DNA of 64,000 nt from Candidatus Babeliales bacterium. GTDB taxonomy: Bacteria > Babelota > Babeliae > Babelales > JANWKD01. The notes under the pieces are model-generated. The model ran no database searches. It was not told where the DNA came from and was given only the letters and a program-made list of their open reading frames with translations. This document shows, piece by piece, positions 10,601-20,117 of the stretch (its first letter is position 1; each line of letters opens with the position of its first letter). The position numbers and the translations under genes are program-made. The stretch covers positions 1,354,566-1,418,565 of the forward strand of contig CAVRJM010000001.1 in NCBI GenBank assembly GCA_963722075.1, given 5' to 3'.

Positions 10601-10783
10601 GTCATCCTGAGCGTAGCGCGGGAATCCAGAAAATCCTTGTCGTTGCGAGCTTGTCGAAGCAATCCAGTAGTAAAATATATCATTGTCATTCCGAGTGCGT
10701 CCGACTTCGCCAAGGCTTCGCCGGATTCCGTCAATAGGCGCGCCTGTCCGGCGTAGTTTTAACGTAGACGGATGGGAATCCAT
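10601..10783. repeat. Cluster of three GTC-tagged palindromic (REP/RPE-like) repeats, the last with a nested 74-bp element
   Basis: GTCATCCTGAGCGTAGCGCGGGAATCCAG (10601-10629); GTCGTTGCGAGCTTGTCGAAGCAATCCAG (10639-10667); GTCATTCCGAG-[10699-10772]-TGGGAATCC. Confidence 0.85.
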
Positions 10784-10809
10784 TAAATAATTAACATCAA
10801 AATTTTTCT

Positions 10810-10977
10810 ATGGCCTAATACCGGCCGGGTATGAAAATATTGCATGCCCAATATTTTCAATACAAGGGCAAATAAGAGAAGGATCTCTTATTTATCTCTC
10901 TTGATCGCAAAAAAGGCCGGCCCTCGCACATCTAACGATGTGCTGCAGACCGTTCGACGGTTTTGCTCGAAGGCCAT
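10810..10977 (+). other. Multibranched structured non-coding segment (candidate ncRNA or MITE)
   Basis: Nested stems ATGGCCT/AGGCCAT, CCGGCC/GGCCGG, GAAAATATTG/CAATATTTTC, AAATAAGAGA/TCTCTTATTT, GCACATC/GATGTGC, ACCGT/ACGGT. Confidence 0.45.
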
Positions 10978-10997
10978 TTGATTTTATCCATTGTTTG

Positions 10998-11113
10998 CAG
11001 CCTTCGCTTTGCCAGCTACGGCTGATTCAGTTCCTATCCGTCTTTCGCTAAAGCTTCGACGTGACAAGCGTCTTTATCCCACCATAACCTTGGCAACGGC
11101 AGAACGGAATGAC
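10998..11113. repeat. Degenerate composite palindromic repeat
   Basis: CAGCCTTCGC...GCTACGGCTG, CGCTAAAGCTTCGAC, CCATAACCTTGGCAACGGC and terminal GGAATGAC; same motifs as the 16101 and 35058 elements. Confidence 0.7.
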
Positions 11114-11169
11114 GATATTGCCGTAATTGCTATTTTTTCTTTATGGATTAGGTTGCATTAAAAGTGGAA

Positions 11170-11350
11170 TAGTTGAATAAATAAAAAGTCCGGTAATGCG
11201 TCGTGCACCCGAAGTGTTAATGCGGAGCGTTAATCACGTGTGGTGCATATACGCATGGGAGAGCAGTCCAGCAGCATGCTGGCGCCATTTTGTCCACGGT
11301 ATTTTGGGCGAGCAAAATACCGGGCTTGCAGAATTAGAATAAGATTCAAT
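11170..11350 (+). other. Second structured non-coding segment (candidate ncRNA or MITE)
   Basis: AAGTCCGGTA/TACCGGGCTT, ATGCGT..TGCACC/GGTGCA..ACGCAT, TTAATGC/GCGTTAA, CCAGCA/TGCTGG, CGGTATTTTG/CAAAATACCG; GC-rich within AT-rich DNA. Confidence 0.45.
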
Positions 11351-11434
11351 AGTTTGGGTTGGTTCGCAAGCGATGTCCGCCGAACAAGATCGAATAATTA
11401 TTTATTATCTTTATCAATAAATTTAAAAAATAAT

Positions 11435-11878
11435 TTATTGATACCACTTCTTATAAATGCCAAAACCAGTAGTGCATAATGCAGCTACAATTAATACATC
11501 GCCAGGCATTAATCGATGTGATATCCAATTAGTGAGAATCAAATAGGAATCAGGATATGCGGTACTCCACACGCCATGCATTCGGTTATTACGTTTATAA
11601 AAAGGTAGACGTAATTCGGTAAAATTTATATCGTCAGTATTATGCGGATCATTTTCGATATGTTTTTTAATGCAACGTGCTACCGAATCATCTTCAATCT
11701 TGAAGTAGCAATTCCCTTCTTTTCTCTCTTTGCCTCGATATTCATCGAATAATTGAATGCCATCAATAAAAAGAAAACTGAACGCCTTGTTGCAATAATC
11801 CTTAAAAGTTAAGTTAGCGTGTAAAGAAGAAAATAAAAATATAATGAAAAATAATATTTTATAAAATTTAATATACAT
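11435..11878 (-). CDS. Hypothetical protein with signal peptide and C-terminal TM
   Basis: N-terminal hydrophobic leader ending SLHA; hydrophobic C-terminus. Confidence 0.65.
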   Translation of the reverse strand: MYIKFYKILFFIIFLFSSLHANLTFKDYCNKAFSFLFIDGIQLFDEYRGKERKEGNCYFKIEDDSVARCIKKHIENDPHNTDDINFTELRLPFYKRNNRMHGVWSTAYPDSYLILTNWISHRLMPGDVLIVAALCTTGFGIYKKWYQ

Positions 11879-11934
11879 ATTAACAATATATCAAAAATTA
11901 AGAGTGTTATAAATAGATATATTTGCTACTCTTT

Positions 11935-12028
11935 GTCATCTTGAGGAGCCTAGCGACGTAAAGATCCAGTAATAAAATAAGAAAAATAATATAACTGGAT
12001 TCTCACGGCCTAAAGGCCTCAGAATGAC
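11935..12028. repeat. Inverted pair of GTC-tagged palindromes (REPIN-like doublet)
   Basis: GTCATCTTGAGGAGCCTAGCGACGTAAAGATCCAG (11935-11969) and CTGGATTCTCACGGCCTAAAGGCCTCAGAATGAC (11995-12028) with a 25-bp AT spacer. Confidence 0.85.
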
Positions 12029-12030
12029 AT

Positions 12031-12735
12031 TTAGGTTACATATAAGTGCACCTGAAATGGTTTCTTTAAATCTAATAATGAACCGGCCAATGGTTTCTGG
12101 TCAATAACCTTGCATCTTTTACATTGATGAGTTGCTTCAGCTGGATGCGCATGAATAATCGTATATTTAATGGAATGCTCATCAAGAAATGATTGTACCT
12201 CGGTAACGAGCCGTTGTTTAAATGAAGGCAGTACTATTGGTTTATGACTGGTGTCTTGTGAGAGGTATATGATCATACGGTTATCAATGAGCGGTTGATT
12301 CGGTTCAGGAATTTGTCCGATACAACTGTGTGCTGGGTAATGATGCGAAAAATAATGATAACTTACCAGAATATTGTTTTCTGCTGCCATGCGTTCAATT
12401 TCATCTTTAGTTTTTTTATGGAAATCGGGAACTATTTTTGTGGGTGGTAATTTTGAAATAACTAAAAAAACTGATTGATGAGCACGAATTTTTCGCGCGG
12501 GAACAGGAATTTGATTTATAATAGTGCCAGGAACAAGGGTACTATCTTCTTTTTGGGATAAAACGCGCGCATTAAGATTATGATCAGAAAGAATTTGCAG
12601 TGCGTTAGTGAGATTTTTGCCTATTAAGCACGGCGTTTCAAATGAAGAAGGGCTTAAAAAATAGTAAAAAATAGCATAACTTGCAATAAAAGATACAAAA
12701 GGGAAAAACCAAAGAAATCGATTTACATGAATCAT
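12031..12735 (-). CDS. PASTA-domain membrane protein
   Basis: N-terminal TM then three PASTA-like repeats (PCLIGKNL...GTIINQIP; VPDFHKKT...IGQIPEP; LPSFKQR...VIDQKPLAG). Start moved to ATG 12735 because the longer ORF overlaps rnpB. Confidence 0.85.
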   Translation of the reverse strand: MIHVNRFLWFFPFVSFIASYAIFYYFLSPSSFETPCLIGKNLTNALQILSDHNLNARVLSQKEDSTLVPGTIINQIPVPARKIRAHQSVFLVISKLPPTKIVPDFHKKTKDEIERMAAENNILVSYHYFSHHYPAHSCIGQIPEPNQPLIDNRMIIYLSQDTSHKPIVLPSFKQRLVTEVQSFLDEHSIKYTIIHAHPAEATHQCKRCKVIDQKPLAGSLLDLKKPFQVHLYVT

Positions 12736-12749
12736 AATAATATGAGAGG

Positions 12750-13097
12750 TTAAAGGTAAGCTTATAAGCCGGATTCTGTACTTTACTAAGTAAAGTGGCA
12801 ATCATCTATCTAGGCGACATACCCGCATGCTTAATAGAACGAAAAACTACATGCTTATTTTGTCTTGCTCCAAGTAGGGTTTACCCCACATAATTCATTA
12901 CTGAATTATGGCGTACGCTCTTACCGTACATTTTCACCCTTACCGCTAATTCTGTTAACGGCGGTTATTTTCTGTGGCACTCTCCATGGATTTACATCCC
13001 CCTTAATTGAATTACTCTCTTAAGGTACTTTTTTCGTTAGGAGTCCGGACTTTCCTCTTTTACCCGAAGTAAAAGCGATTGCCCCGCTTACCTTTAA
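12750..13097 (-). ncRNA. rnpB: RNase P RNA
   Basis: Minus strand carries GAGGAAAGTCCGGACTCC, TGCCACAGAAAA, GGGTGAAA, GGTAAGAGC, GGTAAACCC...GGAGCAAG, AGATAGATGATTGCC, ACAGAATCCGGCTTA; P1 helix TTAAAGGTAAGC/GCTTACCTTTAA. Confidence 0.96.
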
Positions 13098-13527
13098 ATA
13101 AAAATTTCAACATACTTGATAATATTACTATATTAACACAAATAGTATAAAAAGTATAGGTTTCTATGGGTGTATAATGAAAGAACCAGCCCTTTAAAAA
13201 ATAGGTAAAAAGCAATACGCATACAAATACCATATAGATAGGTATACAGGCATCTTCATAGAGATAAGGTCGAAGATAAAAAATAATTGCTGAAATAATG
13301 ATCAATGGTAAAAGTGCAATGCCAAAATGATCTATTTCTAAAAAAAGCTCAGCAGCAATTAACACGCTTAAAAAAATAATGGAAGGGAATTTAAATGATC
13401 CTAACAGTGCGATAGAATAATACGATAATAAAAAACAAAAAAATTTTTTTTCAAAAAAACCGTATAAAATAATATCTAGAAAAAAAAATAACAATGCATA
13501 GCCATAAAACAATATATTTATTGGCAT
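13060..13527 (-). CDS. Hypothetical multi-pass membrane protein (MreD-like size and hydropathy)
   Basis: 155 aa, about five TM segments; no diagnostic motif. 3' end overlaps rnpB. Confidence 0.55.
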   Translation of the reverse strand: MPINILFYGYALLFFFLDIILYGFFEKKFFCFLLSYYSIALLGSFKFPSIIFLSVLIAAELFLEIDHFGIALLPLIIISAIIFYLRPYLYEDACIPIYMVFVCVLLFTYFLKGWFFHYTPIETYTFYTICVNIVILSSMLKFLFKGKRGNRFYFG

Positions 13528-13565
13528 AATTATTTTACCTTATCTCTTTTTAATTTAACGTTATA

Positions 13566-13593
13566 TTGACAAATAATATTATTCAAGTAAATT
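13566..13593 (+). promoter_or_regulatory. Possible sigma70 promoter
   Basis: TTGACA-N16-TAAATT upstream of AGGAG RBS and ATG 13639; AT-rich background weakens this. Confidence 0.35.
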
Positions 13594-13638
13594 TTAGTTG
13601 TTGTTAAGTTTGATATTTTTTATTATCTAGGAGTTTAA

Positions 13639-14058
13639 ATGAAAAAACAAATTACCTTAACTGTTCTTGGTGCTATGTTATTTACTGGCTCGGTATTTTC
13701 TACAAAAGCTGAAGAACCAACTACTTCTGCAACAGAAACAAAAGTAGAGACAACGGCGGCGGTTGTTGCTCCTACAGCAGCAAATTCAGGCGCAGAAGCA
13801 ACAGCAAGTGCGCCGGTAGAACCTAATGCAAGTGCTACAACTGCAACAAATACCACTGATGCTGCAGCAAGCACAAAAACTGATTCTTCTATCGCTACCA
13901 AAACCGAATCTTGGTTAAATAAATTAGGAAGTAATTTAAAAACCTATAAATGGCATATCGCGGGTGGTGTAGCTGTAATTGCGGGTGCTTACATAGCATT
14001 CAAATTGTACCAAGCATACAACGAAGAAGAAGTTGAACAAGAAGTACAATTAGTCTAA
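13639..14058 (+). CDS. Secreted Ala/Thr-rich protein with C-terminal membrane anchor
   Basis: AGGAG RBS, signal peptide, low-complexity A/T region, TM segment HIAGGVAVIAGAYIAF. Confidence 0.8.
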   Translation: MKKQITLTVLGAMLFTGSVFSTKAEEPTTSATETKVETTAAVVAPTAANSGAEATASAPVEPNASATTATNTTDAAASTKTDSSIATKTESWLNKLGSNLKTYKWHIAGGVAVIAGAYIAFKLYQAYNEEEVEQEVQLV

Positions 14059-14127
14059 TTAGTTTAAGACAGTAATACCTGTCAGAATTAACATTATTGT
14101 AACTTAACGACAATTATAGAAATTTCG

Positions 14128-14155
14128 ATAGGGTCGCAGCATGCGACCCTATTTT
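14128..14155 (+). terminator. Rho-independent terminator
   Basis: ATAGGGTCGC-AGCAT-GCGACCCTAT followed by T's. Confidence 0.7.
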
Positions 14156-14162
14156 GGTAATT

Positions 14163-16052
14163 ATGATTCATATACTTCGTTATTTAGCTTTTCTTTTTGT
14201 TTTATTCCTTTCGGTTATAACCAGTTTATTTTTCTTTGTTATTCATCATCATTGGATAGATTTTTCATCATTGGAACAGTATTATCAAGGGAAGCCTTCA
14301 ATTGTACTTGATGACGAAGGCAAAGAATGGACTCGCTTTACCTACGATAAACGCAAATCGGTTGATATTACTATGTTGCCTGAGCATGTCATACAGGCAT
14401 TTATTGCAGCTGAAGATCACAATTTCTTTAATCATCCGGGTATTTCATTAAAAGGTATAATCCGTTCATTACTCATAAATGTATATCACGGCAAAATTGT
14501 ACAAGGAGCAAGTACCATAACGCAGCAATTGGTAAAGTTACTGTTTACTGATTCACGGCGTACCTTAATGCGCAAATTTAAAGATCAATTTTTGGCGGTA
14601 TTAGTGGAGCGGCAATTTACCAAAGATCATATTTTGCAATTATATCTTAATAATATTTGCTTTGGTTGTGGCATTTATGGCATACAAGCTGCCAGTGAAC
14701 GGTTTTGGAGTAAGCCTGCACATGAATTAACGGTTGATGAAGCGGCATTGCTGGCAGGGGTTGTTAAAAATCCTTCTCATTATTGCCCGCTTTTATATCC
14801 CTTATCTGCCCAAAAAAGAAGATCGATAGTGTTACATTCCATGTTGCAAATGGGTTTTATTACTAAAACAGAATATGAATTATACAAAAATAAATCGTTA
14901 GAATTAAATATCCCCCAGATAGCCTGTATTGCACCACATTTAAAGGAACATATTCGTATTTATTTAGAAGAAAAAGTTGGTAAAAAGAAATTATATACCG
15001 GCGGGTTGATAATTCAAACAACCGTAAATAGTTTTATACAAAAAAAGGCGATGGAAATTTTTCATGAACAAATAAAGCTGTTACGTTCCGGTAAAATGAA
15101 TTGTGTTGATGGTGGTGTTATTACTATTGAAGGAAAAACCGGGCATATTAAAGCATGTGTCGGCGGTTATGATTTTAATGCTTCGCAATTTAATAGAGCT
15201 TTGCAAGCGCGCCGACAACTCGGGTCAATATTTAAGCCTATTATTTTTACCATTGCCTTGCAGCAGGGAATGAATTTTGCTCAAACAGAATTAGATGAAC
15301 CTATAGAAGTTGTGCAATCAAATAGCTCATGGAAACCACGAAATGCTATACGAAAATTTGAAGGCGAAATGACGTTGGCGCGCGCATTGGCGCATTCCAA
15401 TAATATTATTCCAATTAAGACCTTATTATCGGTTGGATTTGATCCGGTGATAGCGCTTGCCCGCAAATGTGGATTACCAGAAAATATTCAACGGTATCCT
15501 TCTTTAGGATTAGGATGTGTTGAGGGGACACTTAAAGAAGCAGTAGGAATGTTTAATGTATTTGCACAAAATGGTATGTATATCGAGCCCTATTGTATAC
15601 GATGGGTTAAAGATGAATGGGGTACTAAAATTCTGAATTATAAACCTCAAAAATATATAGTTATTTCGGCACATGAAGTGGGGCAAGTTGCTAAAGTGCT
15701 TGCTATTGGTATGGAGCGTGCGCGAAAAAAATATAAAGATAAAGAATGGCTTGCAACTGAAGCAATTGGAAAAACAGGAACAACCAATGATTCACGAACA
15801 TGCTGGTTTGTTGGTGCAACACCTGATTTTACGACGGCATGTTATATTGGTAATGATGATAATTCGCCGTTAGGAAGTAATGTGTTCGCTGTTTCTACCG
15901 GTTTTCCTATTTGGAAGAATTTGCATAAGGTATTACCCATCACAAAAAATAAATTTTCCTACGATCCATCCTTAAAGGAAATTATTATACATGCACGAAC
16001 GGGTCAACCATGTACGGTAAATGATCCGGAGGCATTTACTATTTTTGTATGA
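14163..16052 (+). CDS. Class A penicillin-binding protein (PBP1A family)
   Basis: Transglycosylase EDHNF and GASTITQQ; transpeptidase SIFK, SNN, KTGT. Confidence 0.95.
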   Translation: MIHILRYLAFLFVLFLSVITSLFFFVIHHHWIDFSSLEQYYQGKPSIVLDDEGKEWTRFTYDKRKSVDITMLPEHVIQAFIAAEDHNFFNHPGISLKGIIRSLLINVYHGKIVQGASTITQQLVKLLFTDSRRTLMRKFKDQFLAVLVERQFTKDHILQLYLNNICFGCGIYGIQAASERFWSKPAHELTVDEAALLAGVVKNPSHYCPLLYPLSAQKRRSIVLHSMLQMGFITKTEYELYKNKSLELNIPQIACIAPHLKEHIRIYLEEKVGKKKLYTGGLIIQTTVNSFIQKKAMEIFHEQIKLLRSGKMNCVDGGVITIEGKTGHIKACVGGYDFNASQFNRALQARRQLGSIFKPIIFTIALQQGMNFAQTELDEPIEVVQSNSSWKPRNAIRKFEGEMTLARALAHSNNIIPIKTLLSVGFDPVIALARKCGLPENIQRYPSLGLGCVEGTLKEAVGMFNVFAQNGMYIEPYCIRWVKDEWGTKILNYKPQKYIVISAHEVGQVAKVLAIGMERARKKYKDKEWLATEAIGKTGTTNDSRTCWFVGATPDFTTACYIGNDDNSPLGSNVFAVSTGFPIWKNLHKVLPITKNKFSYDPSLKEIIIHARTGQPCTVNDPEAFTIFV

Positions 16053-16100
16053 TTTTTTTGTAACTTTCTTAAATCAATACAGTATGAATGATCTTATTAA

Positions 16101-16234
16101 TGGATCCAGCCTTCGTTGAAACTTCGGCGGACACAGTGCCCACGCCTTGTCCGCCATAGCCTTGGCGACGGCGGAAAGCTCGCCATGACGACTGTGATTC
16201 CTATTGTCATTCCGAACGAAGTGTGGGAATTCAT
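16101..16234. repeat. Composite palindromic repeat plus GTC-tagged palindrome
   Basis: TGGATCCAGCCTTCGTTGAAACTTCGGCGGACA...GTCCGCCATAGCCTTGGCGACGGCGGA...ATGAC, then GTCATTCCGAACGAAGTGTGGGAATTC (16206); homologous to 35058-35181. Confidence 0.85.
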
Positions 16235-16389
16235 TAATTAATACATCCTTTAATATTCGTTAATATAACTCTTTATATTGTACGGACTTTTTGATGTGAT
16301 TGCTTGGCCCAAAATTATTAAAATTATTGATTACATATCAATAATTTGCGCATGGTTATTAAAAATTGCCACCGTTAAAAAAGGAAATA

Positions 16390-18084
16390 GTGATAATTTT
16401 ATTATTTTTTTCATTTCTTGCTGGTTTAGTAACCGTTCTTTCACCATGTATTTTACCAATCTTGCCATTACTGCTTGGAAGTGGTATTGGTCAAGGTCCT
16501 TATAAGCCGCTCGGGGTGATTATTGGGTTGATTCTGAGTTTTTCTTTTTTTACTCTCACCTTAACCGCTCTTGTGGAATTGTTTGGTATTTCACCGGACT
16601 TATTACGGTATCTAGCTATTTTTATTATGATCTTTTTTGGCGTTACCTTGCTTTTTCCAAAATTGGAACAATTATTGGTAAAATATTTTTCAAAAATTGG
16701 TCAAATGGGAAGTCTTTTGCAACAAAAATCTGCATTTGCGGGTACTGGGCTTTTGAGCGGATTGATATTGGGTGTTGCACTTGGCCTGATTTGGACGCCA
16801 TGTGCAGGGCCAATTTTAGCTGCAATTTCAACGTTGGCGGCAACCAGAGCGGTAAGATTTAGTACTGTTTTAATCACCTTATTCTATAGTATCGGCGCTG
16901 CCTTACCGATGTTTTTAATTGCCTATGGTGGCAGTAAAATTATTAAATCAACAAGTTTTTTGAGTAAATATGCTGAATCAATTCGAAGATTTTTTGGATT
17001 TTTAATGATTATTGCTGCTTTAGCGATTGCATTTCATGGAGATATTATTTTACAACAGATTACGCTTAAATATTTTCCATCAGTAATCATCGAAGATAAT
17101 GCATTAGTAAGAAAAGAACTTGAAAAGATAACAATACAAGATGAAAAGCGTGGTAAGGGTGAGGATGTTAATGAAAAAGTTCCTGAATTTATAGGTATTT
17201 CTGGGTGGATTAATTCAATTCCTCTTTCTATAAATGCTTTGCGTGGCAAGGTTGTGCTCGTGGATTTTTGGACCTATAGTTGCATAAATTGTATTCGAAC
17301 TTTACCGTTTTTAAAAAAATGGTATGCGGCTTATAAAGATAAGAATTTTGTTATTGTTGGGATGCATACACCAGAATTCGCTTTTGAAAAAATTCCTAAA
17401 AATGTTGAGGATGCGGTGAAGCGATTTGGTATTGAATATCCTGTTGGGCTTGATGGTGATTATAAAACATGGCAAGCATATCATAATCATTATTGGCCAG
17501 CTCATTATCTAATTGATCAACAAGGAATAATCAGAGAACGTTATTTTGGTGAAGGTCATTATGAGGAAACTGAAAATAGAATTCGTGAATTACTTGGGCT
17601 TGGTAAAAAGTATGGCCAAAAGCCATCAGAACAGGTGAAAAAAGGAGAAACACACGAGATCTATCTTGGCTTTGCTCGCGGGAATAACTATCAACCCGGA
17701 CAAGTAATTAAGAAAAATCAGTTTGCAGATTATTCATATCAACATGCACTTGAAGCAGATCATATTGGTCTTAATGGATTGTGGTATGTTGCGCAGGAAT
17801 ATATTCGATCAGAAAGTGAAATGAGTAGAATTGATCTTAATTTTATGGCTAATCGTGTTTATATGGTGATGCAATCTGATAGTGCAGCTGTTATTCAGGT
17901 AAAGCTTGATAATCAAGATGTACCAGAAAAATATCGCTCAGTTGATATGAATGAAAAAGGAGAAATTCTTGTGCATGAACCGCGTATGTATGACATTCTT
18001 AATCTTCAAGGTTATAATGGCCGCCATACGTTAAGCATTATTTTGCCTAAAGGGGTATCACTGTATACGTTTACTTTTGGCTAA
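16390..18084 (+). CDS. dipZ: DipZ (CcdA domain + thioredoxin domain)
   Basis: SPCILP and WTPCAGP CcdA cysteines; DFWTYSCINC thioredoxin; HTPEFAFE; ends YTFTFG. GTG start after AAGGA. Confidence 0.92.
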   Translation: MIILLFFSFLAGLVTVLSPCILPILPLLLGSGIGQGPYKPLGVIIGLILSFSFFTLTLTALVELFGISPDLLRYLAIFIMIFFGVTLLFPKLEQLLVKYFSKIGQMGSLLQQKSAFAGTGLLSGLILGVALGLIWTPCAGPILAAISTLAATRAVRFSTVLITLFYSIGAALPMFLIAYGGSKIIKSTSFLSKYAESIRRFFGFLMIIAALAIAFHGDIILQQITLKYFPSVIIEDNALVRKELEKITIQDEKRGKGEDVNEKVPEFIGISGWINSIPLSINALRGKVVLVDFWTYSCINCIRTLPFLKKWYAAYKDKNFVIVGMHTPEFAFEKIPKNVEDAVKRFGIEYPVGLDGDYKTWQAYHNHYWPAHYLIDQQGIIRERYFGEGHYEETENRIRELLGLGKKYGQKPSEQVKKGETHEIYLGFARGNNYQPGQVIKKNQFADYSYQHALEADHIGLNGLWYVAQEYIRSESEMSRIDLNFMANRVYMVMQSDSAAVIQVKLDNQDVPEKYRSVDMNEKGEILVHEPRMYDILNLQGYNGRHTLSIILPKGVSLYTFTFG

Positions 18085-18197
18085 AGAATAAAACACCAAA
18101 ACTGTTTTTTTGTAAACCTTCGACAGAACCTAGCTAAATTAATGATGATTTTTTTAGTATAGGGCCATATAGAATTTGATTTAAAAAAGGATTGCAT

Positions 18198-20117
18198 ATG
18201 AGCGTAAAAAAAGTGAATTTTTATATTTTATTTTTTTTAATTACCAACATGTTTTCAATAATAAGATCTGATTTGCAAGATTCTATAAATAGCCTCAAAA
18301 ATAGCTGGGACGGTGGAAAAAACTTTGTAGAGGGTATGGTACGCGGTATAGTAGGTTCAGTAGGGGTTTGCTTTGAAGCTGATTGGTCACATTGCGTATA
18401 TAGTCCGCGCATATGGAATGATTCACCAGGAGTGATTTTTGTAGCTAAACAAGATTTAACTAAAGTGTTAGGTGCTGGATTTTCCGGTGGTTTAACGCGG
18501 CAGCAAGCCTTGTGGCCTTATACTGATACGGGAGCAGGTGATGGATCATGGTGGCATGAAGATTTAAATTTTATTTTGTGGTTATTACGGGCTAAAAATA
18601 ATGGTGAGGATGAAGGATATTCTCAATATAAAACTAAAGTAAAAGATTATGCAGCAAAAGGAAGCGTTGTTCCTGGGTTTGGCTCAGCAATTGGTGCATT
18701 GGCTGGTAGCATTGTTACCACTGAAGAAATGGAAAAATATAGTTTTTTTGATAAAAAGCTTTCGCAGAGCCATGGCGATCCCGATAATTGGTATTATTAT
18801 AGGGCATATACCTACCAAGGACAGCTTAAAGGCGAATATTTAGGTATCAAAACAACAACACCTGAATTTAATGGCGTTTTTTATAACAGCTCAAAAGAAC
18901 CCATTACGCTTGAATTTGCTAAGGATTCACAAAATTATAAGGTGTTACTTGAAGCGGGCACCTTTAGCTTGCTTAATTCATCTTCATCAGTAACCAATTC
19001 AATTCGGCCTCCTGCCACACAAGAGCGTGCCTTTACCTTTTACCAAGCAGACACGGTGATAGCTGCAATGCCAATTCGAGCAGAAGGAATTTGCAATATG
19101 CAAGAAGATGCTACTACTAAAAAAATGGTACCGGGTGCTCCTATGGTGTATACATATGAAATTGCTGATACGCAACAAGGACCGCAAGTTAGTTTGCAAG
19201 GGTTAGCTATTGGTAATTACGATCAACCCTTTGATACAACTGATCCTCAAAAAAGTGTGGTGCGTGATATTAATCCAATGCATTGTCATTTTTGGTATCA
19301 ATCGGCGGCTCAGGCGCAAGCGGCTGCAAAAAGTGATCAATTGTACTTAGATATTCCGGTACCATTATGGATTTTTTACAAAACAGCAGACTATAGTTAT
19401 CAACAAAAGGTTAAACCGGAAGATGTTATTGATTTTAGTCTTATTCGTCCGCGCTTATCGGAAAAAAATGCCTGGTTATATGTAGTTGGCATCCAAACGA
19501 CTGATGATACCAAAGCGGTACAGTTTTTAACTCGGTTAGCTGATGGTGTTATTGGTCAAGATTTAAAGGAACCAGTAACCGCAATAAACAATTTTAATGA
19601 AAATATGGTGTTGGTTAAAACATTACCAAATACGCATGGGCTTATTGATGATAGCGCCGGCTCAGGAGTTAAGGGGTTTGTATTACTAGCAGATAACGTT
19701 ACACCGCGCGGTGTTGGATACGGTCCTTTTTATTATCAAATTAATCCTTGTATCGTGCAATTAGATCAATTAGCATCACTGCTTAGTTCCTATTTAAATA
19801 GTTCTTTATTTGCCAGTGCTGATGCGATGAATCAAGAAATAAATAAAAAAATTACCCAATGGGTTAAGCTTTATCCAACCGATAATAAGACCGTTGCATC
19901 CCAGCTTACTGATTTACTGACACAAAAAGGAATTGATCAAATAATTACAAACACGGCAGCGCCACAGCGTACACTCAATGAATATGGTAAACAAGGAGTT
20001 ACCACCTTAACATCCGGGCCAGTAAGTATTGCCAATATACCAACCTTATATCAAGCGGGTTCTAATTTATATGTATACAATTTGGGAGCAGTCCCTGCTG
20101 GTTGGCCGAGTAAGTAG
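18198..20117 (+). CDS. Hypothetical secreted protein
   Basis: About 640-aa ORF with signal-like N-terminus and a Gly-rich hydrophobic stretch GFGSAIGALAGSIV. Confidence 0.75.
   Translation: MSVKKVNFYILFFLITNMFSIIRSDLQDSINSLKNSWDGGKNFVEGMVRGIVGSVGVCFEADWSHCVYSPRIWNDSPGVIFVAKQDLTKVLGAGFSGGLTRQQALWPYTDTGAGDGSWWHEDLNFILWLLRAKNNGEDEGYSQYKTKVKDYAAKGSVVPGFGSAIGALAGSIVTTEEMEKYSFFDKKLSQSHGDPDNWYYYRAYTYQGQLKGEYLGIKTTTPEFNGVFYNSSKEPITLEFAKDSQNYKVLLEAGTFSLLNSSSSVTNSIRPPATQERAFTFYQADTVIAAMPIRAEGICNMQEDATTKKMVPGAPMVYTYEIADTQQGPQVSLQGLAIGNYDQPFDTTDPQKSVVRDINPMHCHFWYQSAAQAQAAAKSDQLYLDIPVPLWIFYKTADYSYQQKVKPEDVIDFSLIRPRLSEKNAWLYVVGIQTTDDTKAVQFLTRLADGVIGQDLKEPVTAINNFNENMVLVKTLPNTHGLIDDSAGSGVKGFVLLADNVTPRGVGYGPFYYQINPCIVQLDQLASLLSSYLNSSLFASADAMNQEINKKITQWVKLYPTDNKTVASQLTDLLTQKGIDQIITNTAAPQRTLNEYGKQGVTTLTSGPVSIANIPTLYQAGSNLYVYNLGAVPAGWPSK

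Noticed and set aside
10556..10783. 75-aa ORF
   Set aside because: Translation of palindromic repeats; same for 35153-35353.
10601..11113. Clustered ~30-bp repeats as a CRISPR array
   Set aside because: Copies differ in sequence and orientation, spacing is irregular, and there are no cas genes.
10810..11395. Identification as 6S, SRP, tmRNA or HDV-like ribozyme
   Set aside because: No SRP loop motif, no tRNA-like ends, not a simple rod, and I could not build the HDV double pseudoknot.
11240..11479. 79-aa ORF
   Set aside because: Lies over the structured GC-rich segment, overlaps a convergent gene, no recognisable protein features.
12736..12801. N-terminal extension of the PASTA ORF
   Set aside because: Overlaps the conserved 3' end of RNase P RNA; ATG 12735 is more plausible.
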